A DNA stretch of 64,000 nucleotides from an uncultured bacterium (lineage in GTDB: Bacteria; Krumholzibacteriota; Krumholzibacteriia; LZORAL124-64-63): contig CAVSGO010000007.1 in assembly GCA_963727525.1 (NCBI GenBank), positions 416,001 to 480,000 on the forward strand, read 5' to 3'. Under the pieces are notes generated by a model, which was not told where the DNA came from, made no database searches, and saw nothing but the letters and a program-made list of their open reading frames with translations. A program made the position numbers and the translations under genes. Positions within the stretch are counted from its first letter, which is position 1. The number at the start of each line of letters is the position of its first letter. Below, one piece after another: positions 33,528 to 44,743 of the stretch.

Positions 33528-34897
33528 ACGGTGCGCGAGAACAGGGGCCGATCGCCGCCGCCGGTCAGATATGCGTCGAACGGCATGCTCACGTTGCGCA
33601 GGAAGAACCGACCGAGGTCGGTCACGCGCAGCCGGTCCGCTTCGCGGACCACCAGCCCATCCTCGATCAGCGGGTCCATCTGCGCCAGCGCTTCGGGTAG
33701 CAGCTCGTCGACCGTCGCGTCGAATCTCGGCACGGTCACCGCGTAGGGAAGCTCGAGGTTGCACATCAGGTGCAGGATGACCAGGCGGCGCAGCTTATCG
33801 TCGGCTGACAGGTGCATGCCTTTTACCACGGGAAGCCGACCGGCGTTCACGGCTTCCTCGTACTGGCCCACCTCGGTGACGTTCTGGCTGAAACGATCCT
33901 GCACGTCGCTGATGGCGCTGTTGCCCACAGCCAGCAGATCGAGCGCCGGTCGCGTGGTGTAGCCCATGAAGTTGCGGTGCAGACGCCGCTCGGCCAGGGC
34001 CACGGCCAGCTCATCGTCGGGCCGTGCGAAGTGGTCGAGCCCGATCCAGGTGTAGCCGGCCTCCGTCATCGATTCCACCGCGAGTTGGTAGAGGGCGAAG
34101 CGGTTCTCGCCACCTGGCAGCGCCGAGGCGTCGATGCTGCGCTGGTTCTCGCGCGCCCAGGGTACATGGGCATATCCGAAACAGGCCAGACGATCGGGGC
34201 CCAGCTCGATCACGCGATCGAGGGTGGACTTGAACGTCTCCAGGTTCTGGTGGGGTAGGCCATAGACGATGTCCAGGTTCACGCTCTCGAACCCGGCGTC
34301 GCGGCAGGCCTCGTAGAAGCGCACGGTGAGCTTCTCGGGCTGCACGCGTCCTATCGCCACCTGTACCTTCCGGTCGAAGTCCTGCACGCCCATGCTGATG
34401 CGATTGAAGCCCAGCTCGCGCAGGAGGTGGGCCTGCTCGACGGTGCCCAGGCGCGGGTCGGCCTCCAGCGAGACCTCCGCACCCGGCTCGAAATCGAAGC
34501 GATCGCGGATCAACTGCACCGTGCGCCGGATCTGATGCTCCTTGCCGTAGTTCGGCGTGCCGCCGCCCCAGTGCATCTGCACCACGGAGCGGCGTCCGAC
34601 GATGCCGGCCACGATGTCCAGCTCGCGCTCCAGGCTGTCGAGATAGTGATCGCTGTCACTCTTGTCCGTCGGAACTGCTGCATTGCAACCGCAGTACGCG
34701 CATCTCTTCACGCAGTACGGAAGGTGGACGTAGAGGCTCACGGGGCGGTCGGATATAGCGCCCAGCTCGCGCAGGGCGGTCCGCTGATCGGCCTCGTCGA
34801 AGGTGTCCGACCAGGCGGGCACCGTGGGGTAGCTCGTGTATCGCGGTCCCGGCTTGTCGAGCCGGTTCAGCAGATCGGGGGAAATGTCGACGCGCAT
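33524..34897 (-). CDS. hemN: Oxygen-independent coproporphyrinogen III oxidase (radical SAM)
   Basis: 'GPRYTSYPT', 'YVHLPYCVKRCAYCGC', 'HWGGGTP', 'GLDHFA', 'RNFMGY'. Confidence 0.95.
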   Translation of the reverse strand: MRVDISPDLLNRLDKPGPRYTSYPTVPAWSDTFDEADQRTALRELGAISDRPVSLYVHLPYCVKRCAYCGCNAAVPTDKSDSDHYLDSLERELDIVAGIVGRRSVVQMHWGGGTPNYGKEHQIRRTVQLIRDRFDFEPGAEVSLEADPRLGTVEQAHLLRELGFNRISMGVQDFDRKVQVAIGRVQPEKLTVRFYEACRDAGFESVNLDIVYGLPHQNLETFKSTLDRVIELGPDRLACFGYAHVPWARENQRSIDASALPGGENRFALYQLAVESMTEAGYTWIGLDHFARPDDELAVALAERRLHRNFMGYTTRPALDLLAVGNSAISDVQDRFSQNVTEVGQYEEAVNAGRLPVVKGMHLSADDKLRRLVILHLMCNLELPYAVTVPRFDATVDELLPEALAQMDPLIEDGLVVREADRLRVTDLGRFFLRNVSMPFDAYLTGGGDRPLFSRTV

Positions 34898-34901
34898 CGA
34901 T

Positions 34902-35948
34902 CTATGCCTCCACGCGGTGTCCGTGCACCGTCTCGACGACGGCTTCCACCGCGGCGATCGGCGTCTCGGGAAGGATCCCGTGGCCGAGGTTGAATACGTG
35001 GCCAGCCGCGAGGTCGCCCGCACGGCAAATGGCTTCCGTGCGCCGGCGTACTTGCTCGAGGTCGCCGAACAGCACGGTGGGATCGAGATTGCCCTGGAGC
35101 GCCAGGTCCGGCGCCTGCCGGGCGGCCTCGGCGAGGTCGCAGGTCCAGTCGAGGCTGAGCGCATCTGCGCCCACGTCGCGCAAAGCCGTCATGTGTGCCA
35201 GTCCGCCCTTGCTGAACAGGATGCGTGGTACTCCCAGCGGCGCCAGGCGCGCCATGATCGTGCGCAGGCGCGGGGCGACGACGGTCGCGTGATCGGCCGG
35301 ACTCAGGATGCCCGCCCAGCTGTCGAAGACCTGCACCGCGTCGGCGCCGGCCTCCACCTGCATCGTGAGATGCCGGGCGACCTGCTCCGTGAGTATATCG
35401 AGCAACGTATCAAGGAGTTCCGGCCGGGAGTAGAGCATCGTCTTGAGGTGGCGGAACTCCTGGCTACCGCCGCCCTCGATGAGGTAGGCGGCCAGGGTGA
35501 ATGGCGAACCGGCGAAGCCGATCAGGGGCTTCGTCCCGATCTCGGCCTTCACCATCCGGATCGCCTCGGCGACGAACCCGAGGCTCTCCCGCGGGTCGAC
35601 GACCTTCAGGGCGCGAATCGCCGCCTCGTCGCGCACCGGCGCGGCGAGTTTCGGCGCGCCGTGCGAAAAGTCGAACGTGGCGCCCATCGGCCCGAGCGGC
35701 GTGAGGATGTCGCTGAAGATGATGCCGGCGTCGAGGTCGAAACGCCGCAGGGGCTGGAGCGTGACCTCGCACGCCAGCTCCGGTTGCGTGCATACGTCAT
35801 GGAAGCTGGCGCGTTCCCGTACGGCGAGATATTCGGGCAAGTATCGCCCCGCCTGCCGCATGATCCACAGGGGACGATGGCGGGGGCGTTCACCACGCAG
35901 GGCGGCCAGAAACGGCTGCGGAGTCGTCGATGGGTCGGTCGTCTTCAT
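34902..35948 (-). CDS. hemE: Uroporphyrinogen decarboxylase
   Basis: 'WIMRQAGRYLPEY', 'IIFSDIL', 'GFAGSPFTLAAY', 'FNLGHGI'. Confidence 0.96.
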   Translation of the reverse strand: MKTTDPSTTPQPFLAALRGERPRHRPLWIMRQAGRYLPEYLAVRERASFHDVCTQPELACEVTLQPLRRFDLDAGIIFSDILTPLGPMGATFDFSHGAPKLAAPVRDEAAIRALKVVDPRESLGFVAEAIRMVKAEIGTKPLIGFAGSPFTLAAYLIEGGGSQEFRHLKTMLYSRPELLDTLLDILTEQVARHLTMQVEAGADAVQVFDSWAGILSPADHATVVAPRLRTIMARLAPLGVPRILFSKGGLAHMTALRDVGADALSLDWTCDLAEAARQAPDLALQGNLDPTVLFGDLEQVRRRTEAICRAGDLAAGHVFNLGHGILPETPIAAVEAVVETVHGHRVEA

Positions 35949-36035
35949 GGCGTCCTCGCGTCCTCTGGGGTTGGTGCGTGTAAAGTAATCTGTTCGAGCC
36001 GGGTTTGCACGTAGAGAGCGCAGGTTCAGAAATGG

Positions 36036-37274
36036 CTATGGCCGGTGCCAGACCGCCATTTGCGCGCCGACCGCGAGGAGCAGGAGCCCAGCGGCGAGCG
36101 GATAGGGGACCGCCAGCATACCGGTGCCTTTTACGGCGAGTCCGGCCAGCAGCGGCGGGAGGAATCCGCCCGCGCCCACCAGGGCCTCGTGGATCCCGGC
36201 GTTGCGCCCTCGCCCGGCCGGGAGTACCAGGCTGAAGTGGAGGCTCGCGGCATAGGCGATGCCGCAGCCCAGCCCGACGAGGGGTACGGTGAGGAGCAGA
36301 AGGCCGAACGGGTGCAGGATCGGGACCACCACCAGGGCAGCGGCGGCCAGCCCCTGCGGGAGCCACAATCGCCCGGGTCGGTGCGGAACTCGCAGCGGAC
36401 CCAGGAGCAGCACGAAGACCAGGGTCTGGCTGACCAGGATGCCGGCCAGGTAGAAGCCATATTGCGCCTCGCTCCAGCCCCGTGACTCGAACCACTGGGG
36501 GAGGTGGTACGTGAGGATCCCGAAGGCGCCGTAGGCGGCCGTGTTCGCGATCCAGGCCATGGTCCGCAGCCGGCGCAGGTGGCGGACATCGTCTTCGATC
36601 TCGCCATCGGGGGAGGGCTCCTCGTTCCGGGCAGCCGCTGCCGCGTCCGACGGGTCCACGGGAGCCGACGCTGGCACGCGGCGCGGCAACGCAAAGAAGG
36701 CGGCGGCCACGCTCACGGCCCCGACGAGAAACGTCACGGCGAACCCGAAGCGATGCAGGAGCAGACCGCCGAGCAGGAACCCCAGCGTCTTGCCGCTGCT
36801 CCATGCCACGTTGAAGCGCCCGAGGGTACCCTGCCGGGTCGCCGGTGTCGCGAGATCCCCCAGCGACGATTGCACGGTCGGCCAGTAGAGCGCCTTGCCG
36901 AGTCCCATCAGCAACTGCAACGCGAGGAGCATCGTGAGCGACCTGGTCTGCAGCGCCAGAAACGCGCAGGTGATCAGCAGGCCACCGCCCAGGCCGCAGA
37001 GTCGGATGCGGCTCGTGCGGTCGCTCAGGACACCGGCGGCAGGAGCGGCAAGCACGTAGCTCACGGCTCCGATGGTGGGCATCAAGCCGAGATCGACGGC
37101 CCCGCCTCCGAGCGCGAGAACCTTGAAGGGCATTGCGGCCATGATCAGGAAGAACCCGCCGTCCATCGCGGCGGCCGAGAGGAAATACCCACGCAGGGCG
37201 CGGGACAGCACCGTCGCACGCGGTCGGGGGCCCGGGACCTGCGACCGCGACTGTGCTGAATGGAGCAAGATCAC
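36036..37274 (-). CDS. MFS transporter
   Basis: About 12 hydrophobic segments; motif A-like 'GVLSDRTSR'; start uncertain. Confidence 0.8.
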   Translation of the reverse strand: MILLHSAQSRSQVPGPRPRATVLSRALRGYFLSAAAMDGGFFLIMAAMPFKVLALGGGAVDLGLMPTIGAVSYVLAAPAAGVLSDRTSRIRLCGLGGGLLITCAFLALQTRSLTMLLALQLLMGLGKALYWPTVQSSLGDLATPATRQGTLGRFNVAWSSGKTLGFLLGGLLLHRFGFAVTFLVGAVSVAAAFFALPRRVPASAPVDPSDAAAAARNEEPSPDGEIEDDVRHLRRLRTMAWIANTAAYGAFGILTYHLPQWFESRGWSEAQYGFYLAGILVSQTLVFVLLLGPLRVPHRPGRLWLPQGLAAAALVVVPILHPFGLLLLTVPLVGLGCGIAYAASLHFSLVLPAGRGRNAGIHEALVGAGGFLPPLLAGLAVKGTGMLAVPYPLAAGLLLLAVGAQMAVWHRP

Positions 37275-37275
37275 G

Positions 37276-38229
37276 TCAGTCGCCGACCTCGGTGGTCCGG
37301 AAGCGGTCGCGCAGGAGACCCTGGCGCAGACCATGCGCGCTCACCACGAGCGACGAGCACGCGAAGCGGTCCATGATGGCCGCCACGATCAGGGCACCGG
37401 CCAGGATCACGTCGGCGCGACCGGAGTGCAGCCCCTTGATCCGGCGCCGCTCGGCCACGGTCGATTTCTGGTAGAGTGCGATCTGTCGCTCCACCTCGGC
37501 GCGTGCCAGGAGGTGGCCGTGGATCGACGCCGCGTCGGCCAGGGGCTGGCCGAGTTGCACGGCGCCGAGGGTGGCCGGCGTGCCGCCGATCCCGACGAGG
37601 AGATCACCGTACGGTTCCTTCCCGAAGGCGGCGAGGTCGCGTGCGATGCGTGCGCTCGCCTCCGCCACTGCGGCGGCGGCCGGCGGGTCTCCGGTGAGGA
37701 CGTTCTCCGTCGTCGAGAGCGCGCCGATCGCGAGGCTTGCTCCTCCCAGCATGTGGCCGGGACGTCCCCAGCACAGCTCCGTGCTGCCCCCGCCGACGTC
37801 GAAGGTCACGAGTTGCGTGTCGGGCTGAGTGCCGGGCAGCTCCAGGCTCGCGCCGATGAAAGACAGGCGGGCTTCCTCACGCCCGCTGATGACCTCGAGA
37901 GTCAGCCCGGTCTCGCGCTTCACCTGCGCGATGAAATCGTCTGCATCGCGCGCCTCGCGCAGGCATTGCGTGCCGACCATCGCCGTCGCCGCGCATCCGT
38001 AGTCGGCGAGCATCTCGGCGAACGAGCGCAGGGCCTCGATCGACCGCTCGCGGGCGGCCGGATCGAGCGTGGTACGCGAGGAGAGGCCGCGGCCCAGGCC
38101 GGTAATCGCCACGCGGTCGAGCAAGGGGCGAAAGCGAAGGGTGCCGCGTTCGGTCTCGCGTGCGACGACGCGCAGCTTCAGCGCGTTCGTGCCCACGTCG
38201 ATGGCGGCGAAACGAGGCGGGGATAGCAT
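37276..38229 (-). CDS. ppx: Ppx/GppA-family exopolyphosphatase
   Basis: 'AAIDVGTNA', 'ISGREEARL', 'DVGGGSTE', 'GLRQG'. Confidence 0.92.
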   Translation of the reverse strand: MLSPPRFAAIDVGTNALKLRVVARETERGTLRFRPLLDRVAITGLGRGLSSRTTLDPAARERSIEALRSFAEMLADYGCAATAMVGTQCLREARDADDFIAQVKRETGLTLEVISGREEARLSFIGASLELPGTQPDTQLVTFDVGGGSTELCWGRPGHMLGGASLAIGALSTTENVLTGDPPAAAAVAEASARIARDLAAFGKEPYGDLLVGIGGTPATLGAVQLGQPLADAASIHGHLLARAEVERQIALYQKSTVAERRRIKGLHSGRADVILAGALIVAAIMDRFACSSLVVSAHGLRQGLLRDRFRTTEVGD

Positions 38230-38240
38230 CGTCGACCTAC

Positions 38241-38269
38241 AAAAACGGGCCCAGCCGTGGCCAGGCCCG
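38241..38269 (-). terminator. Intrinsic terminator after tRNA-fMet
   Basis: Minus strand reads CGGGCCTGGC-CACG-GCTGGGCCCG followed by TTTTT. Confidence 0.75.
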
Positions 38270-38274
38270 ATATT

Positions 38275-38351
<77 letters not shown>

Positions 38352-38416
38352 TCCGTGTCCCGGAAAGCCCCGACATCGCAAAGATTCGATTCCCTTGCAA
38401 TCGTTTGGGGAAGGGG

Positions 38417-38445
38417 AATATAGGACCCGCATCTGGAGGTGTCAA
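38417..38445 (-). promoter_or_regulatory. Sigma70 promoter for tRNA-fMet
   Basis: TTGACA-N17-TATATT on the minus strand. Confidence 0.8.
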
Positions 38446-38816
38446 GGTGAGGCGTCGGCACGGTCGGAGGGTACGATCAGCAGGACATCCTCGCCTGGCT
38501 TGCGCAGGTTGTAGCGCTCGCGCGCCAGCTTCTCGAGCGCGCTCGGGTCCTGAGCCAGCGCGTCGATCCGGACCTGCAAGGTGTCGGCGTCGGCGCTGAG
38601 CGCACGGACGTCTCGCTGCAGATCATCGCGCTGCGATCGCAGGCGCAGAAGCACGACGAGTCCATTCTCGCCGAGCAGCGGCACCAGCAGCACGGCGAGG
38701 GCGAGAAGCAGGCCGAGCCAGGGCAGGAGGCGGTGGGCGACGGGCGCGGGTTGTGGCTGGCCACGCAGATAAGGCGAAGCGGGTGGAGGTGCGAGGCGCT
38801 GGTCCTTGCGAGCCAT
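38442..38816 (-). CDS. ftsB: Septum formation initiator FtsB/DivIC
   Basis: Single TM, 'GENG', coiled coil, 'LEKLARERYNLRKPGE'; canonical position after eno. Confidence 0.88.
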   Translation of the reverse strand: MARKDQRLAPPPASPYLRGQPQPAPVAHRLLPWLGLLLALAVLLVPLLGENGLVVLLRLRSQRDDLQRDVRALSADADTLQVRIDALAQDPSALEKLARERYNLRKPGEDVLLIVPSDRADASP

Positions 38817-38889
38817 GCGGATTCTCCCGGGCATCCGTGCCCTGGATGAACGGGTCGGCCGCGTGCGCCACGGCCGACCCGCGATGGAC

Positions 38890-40316
<1,427 letters not shown>

Positions 40317-40448
40317 CCGGTCAGCGCGACCCAGGAAATCGTTGACCCCCGTCGGCTCACCTGCCACCTTCGTGCATCGGCTCGCCCGAGGATGCGCAGT
40401 CATCCGGATCTGCAGACCCCAGCATAAGGCCGAGCAGCCCGCGAGACC

Positions 40449-41030
40449 ATGTTCGACCGACGCAGCGACCTCAAACTCATCCGCCGCTGCAAGCGTGGCG
40501 AGGAAGCGGCCTTCGCGCAGGTGCTCGAGCGCTACCGCGGGCCGATCTATAACCTCTGCTACCGGATGGCGCGCAATTCCGAGGACGCGCGCGATCTCGC
40601 GCAAGAAGTATTCATCAAGGTCTTCTCCCTCCTCGACCGCTTCGACGAGAACTACGCCTTCAGCAGCTGGCTCTTCCGGATCGCCACGAACCATTGCATC
40701 GACCACCTGCGGCGCAACCGCTTGCGGTTCCTGTCGCTCGAGCGCGGCGGCGGCCACGAGGATGAGGAGGCGGAGATCCAGGTGGCCGACTCCGGGCCCA
40801 CGCCGGAGGTGGTGCTGCAGCGGCGCGAAGCCATGGAGCGCCTGGAGGAAGTGATCGCCGACCTGCCCCCACACTACCGGGCGATCACGCTCTTGCGCCA
40901 TGATCAGCAGCTGACTTACGAGGAGATCGCCGACGTGCTCGACCTGCCACTGGGTACCGTCAAGGCGCGGATCCACCGGGCGCGCAATCTGATCCAGCAG
41001 ATGCTCCGGGCGCGGTCTTACGAAATCTGA
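40449..41030 (+). CDS. ECF sigma factor (SigW/RpoE-like)
   Basis: 'DARDLAQEVFIK', 'FSSWLFRIATNHCID', 'YEEIADVLDLPLGTVKARIHRAR'. Confidence 0.95.
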   Translation: MFDRRSDLKLIRRCKRGEEAAFAQVLERYRGPIYNLCYRMARNSEDARDLAQEVFIKVFSLLDRFDENYAFSSWLFRIATNHCIDHLRRNRLRFLSLERGGGHEDEEAEIQVADSGPTPEVVLQRREAMERLEEVIADLPPHYRAITLLRHDQQLTYEEIADVLDLPLGTVKARIHRARNLIQQMLRARSYEI

Positions 41031-41333
41031 TGCAACCTGCTGCAAGCGAAGTTCGTACGAGGGGATGCCGTGCAGGTCCGCCGCACCGGTTGGCGCTGCA
41101 AGGCTTTGTGCGGCACGAGCTTCTGGCTTAGAGGCCCGGTTGAGAGTTCGGACGGAAGCGGTCGCGGTGGGCTATCGAATCACTGTCGGGGGATACGAGA
41201 CCCGGCCGTGACCGGGAGCGGAGTGCGGGGTTGTGTCCCCGCCTCCGCTCCAGCGGCAACGCGTTGCCACGGCGTCGAAAGGGCCCTAGAATCAAGAGCG
41301 GCACCCCCGGCGTCACGGCGTAAGGAGATGAAC

Positions 41334-41855
41334 GTGAGCGGCAAACACCAGGACACACAACCCCACCTGTCCTGCGGCCAGTGCCGGGATTCCTTTCAGG
41401 ACTATCTCGACGGCGACATGCCGAAAGATCAGTCCCTGCGCGTGTTTCTGCACGTGCGCGAATGCCGGGATTGCGCCGGCGAACTCGAGCAATGGCAGAA
41501 CTTGTTCAACCATCTGGGCAGTCTGCGGGCCGTCGAACCTCCGGCCGGTCTCGACGCGCGGGTCCTCGCAGCGGTGCCGTACGCGGCGTACCGTGACATG
41601 GCGCCCTTGCGCCGTGAGCGGGTTCCCGTCTTTCTCGAACCGACGTTCCTGCCGCCGATCGTGCGTGCCGCCCGGATTCGCATTGCCGGCGGCGCCATCG
41701 CCCTTGCGGCGGGTATCGGCGTGGCCACGGGGACGGTCCCGTCGCCGGGCCTCGTCATCGCGGGTATCGGCGTTCTGCCCGAGGTCCTGGTACGTCTGCA
41801 GGCGCTGGGCCGCCGGGTCGCCCTGGCGGGTCGCCACGCGGAAGGTGGAGCATAG
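41334..41855 (+). CDS. Zinc-binding (zf-HC2/ZAS) membrane anti-sigma factor
   Basis: 'C...DYLDG...HVRECRDC' (HxxxCxxC) plus C-terminal TM segments; AAGGAG RBS; start 41328 or 41334. Confidence 0.85.
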   Translation: MSGKHQDTQPHLSCGQCRDSFQDYLDGDMPKDQSLRVFLHVRECRDCAGELEQWQNLFNHLGSLRAVEPPAGLDARVLAAVPYAAYRDMAPLRRERVPVFLEPTFLPPIVRAARIRIAGGAIALAAGIGVATGTVPSPGLVIAGIGVLPEVLVRLQALGRRVALAGRHAEGGA

Positions 41856-41858
41856 CGT

Positions 41859-43349
41859 ATGCGTCCCGTCGTGAGGCAGCCTCGTGCGTGGCAAGTCCGG
41901 CACCCCGGCAGGAGGATCGCGGCCGTGTACGTCGCCCTCCTGGGCTTGGTCGTCATCGCCGGTCCGTGGCCGGCGGACGGGTTCGCCCAGGTGCCACCGT
42001 CGCGTGAGATCCGGGCCGTCGAACGCGACTCGCTCCGCGCGCAGATGGATCGCTATTCGCGGATCATGGCCTCGCTGCGTGATACGCTGCGCTCTCTCGA
42101 ATCGCGCGGTCGCGGACCTACCGGCCAGGAGAAGGTCATCCAGGACACGATCAACGAGCTCGGCCAGTCGCTCTCGGAGATCTCGCGGCAACTCTCGCAA
42201 CTCGATCTCGAGGTCGACAACAACACCATCAGGTTGCGCGATGGTCGCGGCGGTGCCGTCCAGATCGACATTCCGGACAATCTCGACGAGCAGATCCGGC
42301 GTGGCATCAGCTCGATCACGGACGTGATTCTCGACGAGCTACCGGATTCGCTGCGGATCAACCTCGAGGATGTCCGCAAGATGCACAAGTTGAAATTCAA
42401 TGCGCCTACCCCCCCAAACGCGCGTGCACCGCGCGGATTCACGTTCGGAGTCAGCGGCTCGCGCAAGCCCAGCCGGATCATCGAGGGCGATCTCGTGAAG
42501 GTGCGCGATGACGTCATCGTGCAATCCGACGAGGTCGTCCGTGGCGATGTCGTGACTGTCATGGGCGACGCGTTGATCGAGGGGCGTGTCGACGGCGATC
42601 TCGTCGTCGTGCTGGGCGACCTCCAGCTCGGCGACACGGCCGAGGTGGGTGGCAAGGTCGTCAACGTCCTCGGTCGCCTCGATCGTTCCGACACCGCCGA
42701 GGTCGGTTCCGTGGTCGTCGTCAATCCCGGTTCGTTCTTCGGCCTCGACTGGCACGAGTTCGGTGTCGGACGCGGTGCGATCGGTGCCTTCGCGGGCTGG
42801 CAATTCGCTGTCTTGCTGCTTGTCTTCGTGATCGTCGTGCTCCTCGCGCTCGTGCCGGGACATCGCGTCGAGACGGTGGTCGGACATCTCTCGCAGCATC
42901 CGCTGGAATGTTTCGGGCTCGGGCTTCTGTTCGCGGTCGCCGGTCACGCGCTGGTGACCGCCATCGCAGCGGTCCTGGCCGTGACCATCATCGGTATTCC
43001 GCTCGCTCTCATCCTCGTGCTGAGCGTGATGCTGCTCGATGTCTTCGCCGTGGGGGCGGCGAGCCTGGCATTCGGTCGACGACTGTGTCGGTCGCTCTCG
43101 CTGCCGTGCCGGCGTCCGTGGATCGTGGCGTTCCTTGGCCTCGTTCTGGTGCATGCCGTCTGCTTCTTCGCGGGGTTGCTCGCCGTCGCGGGGGCGCCCG
43201 CGGCCGTGGTGGTGCCGCTCATGGCCGTGGGAGTGGCGGTATGGATCGTCGCTTATCTCTGCGGTCTCGGCGCCCTGGTACTCAGCCGTCTGGGGGCGCG
43301 GACGGAGCCGGGCGCCGCTCCGGATCTGCAGCCGGCCACGTCGGCCTAG
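41859..43349 (+). CDS. Exported/membrane protein with coiled coil, bactofilin-like beta-helix repeats and C-terminal TM bundle
   Basis: Signal-like N-terminus; repeats '(I/V)xGD(L/V)V'; 5-6 C-terminal TMs including 'TIIGIPLA'. Confidence 0.7.
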   Translation: MRPVVRQPRAWQVRHPGRRIAAVYVALLGLVVIAGPWPADGFAQVPPSREIRAVERDSLRAQMDRYSRIMASLRDTLRSLESRGRGPTGQEKVIQDTINELGQSLSEISRQLSQLDLEVDNNTIRLRDGRGGAVQIDIPDNLDEQIRRGISSITDVILDELPDSLRINLEDVRKMHKLKFNAPTPPNARAPRGFTFGVSGSRKPSRIIEGDLVKVRDDVIVQSDEVVRGDVVTVMGDALIEGRVDGDLVVVLGDLQLGDTAEVGGKVVNVLGRLDRSDTAEVGSVVVVNPGSFFGLDWHEFGVGRGAIGAFAGWQFAVLLLVFVIVVLLALVPGHRVETVVGHLSQHPLECFGLGLLFAVAGHALVTAIAAVLAVTIIGIPLALILVLSVMLLDVFAVGAASLAFGRRLCRSLSLPCRRPWIVAFLGLVLVHAVCFFAGLLAVAGAPAAVVVPLMAVGVAVWIVAYLCGLGALVLSRLGARTEPGAAPDLQPATSA

Positions 43350-43555
43350 CGTCAACCCTCGCGTCCATTTCTTGCCTGGGTGAGAACCCTCACCTCTTCT
43401 GCGCCATATGACCCGATTCTTCGCCTCGCCATGCTGGCGTCGCTCACGCATGCCCGAGATATGCCGGCTGCCATGGCCGCCACAACAGACTTATCGTATT
43501 TCATGACAACATGTTGGTGGGGTGACCCGTCTCGGGCCTCGTCCTGTAGGGGATC

Positions 43556-43584
43556 TTCACCGGATCGCCGCGACGTGGTATACT
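43556..43584 (+). promoter_or_regulatory. Sigma70 extended -10 promoter
   Basis: TTCACC-N17-TATACT with TG at the extended -10 position. Confidence 0.5.
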
Positions 43585-43643
43585 AACTGCGTCATTTTCA
43601 GACAAGACATCAACTGTGGGGCGTGGTGGCGGAAGAGGTCGGA

Positions 43644-44725
43644 TGATGGTCGGGAAGAGCGCACGACGGCACATCGTGGAACGACGGGTATCGTCAGGTC
43701 CGCTGGCCGGCCCCGCGGCGCTTGCCGTGCTGCTCGTGCTTGCCTTGCTGCTCGTGCTTACCGTGGGCACCGCTGCGAGGGCGGCGGAGACGCTCGATAC
43801 CGCAACCGGGTTGCACGCGGTCGTCCACACCGCGCCGGAGATCATGGCCGAGTGGATCTCCGTCGACGCGGCGGGACGCACGTGGTTCCAGGCTCCCGGT
43901 GTCGACGCCGTGGAACTCGACGCGACGCAGCATCCCTGGGATACGCTCACACCGCTACCCATGGGCGCGGTGCTGGATGCCGTGCGTGCGATGCACGGGT
44001 TCTCGACCGCGATCGACCTGCAGATCTTCATCCTGCCGGGGTTGCCGGTCGAGACCCTCGGCAGCTTCTCGCGGCATGACGCCGTGTTCCTCGCCCCGGC
44101 GCTGGGGCAGGTCGCGGCCAGCACCGTGGCTTACCTGACGACACACGAGATCGGACACGTGATGACGTGGGCTGCGCTCGATGGCCGCGCACCACGCTGG
44201 TCAGCCTACCTCTCGCTGCGCGGTGTACCGGCGACGGCGTTCGGCGCGGACGTGCCACACGCGGATCGTGCGCGGGAGATCCTGGCCGAGGACTGCCGTC
44301 AGCTCTTCGGCGGGCCGCTGGCCACGCAATCCGGGACGATCGAGAACGCGAGCCTGCCGCTGCCGGAGACCGTCGACGGATTGCGGGACCTCCTCGTCGG
44401 CTTTCTCGCCGACACGGCAAGGACCGTGTCTTCCGTGGCCGAGCTGCGGGCGTTTCCGAATCCCTGCAATCCGCGCACGACGGTCGAGTTGAGCATCCCG
44501 GCAGGCGCGGATGTCGCGGATGCCGCGTCTGCCGTGCTCGACGTCTATGACCTGCGCGGACAGCGGGTGAGTACCGTGCGCGGGGGCGAATGGCACGATG
44601 GCCGGGTGGAGATGGTCTGGCCCGGCACCGGCCACGACGGGGCGCGCATTGCCTCGGGTACCTACACGTTCGTGTTGCGTCTCGGCGACGTCGCGGCGCG
44701 CGGCCGTGTGACCGTCGTGCGCTAG
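43644..44725 (+). CDS. Secreted HEXXH zinc-metallopeptidase-like protein with C-terminal FlgD-Ig domain
   Basis: Signal peptide (ARA); HEIGH with downstream 'EILAED'; tail 'AFPNPCNP...VYDLRGQRV...ASGTY'. Confidence 0.7.
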
Positions 44726-44743
44726 CTCGTCTCGAGAATCTGA

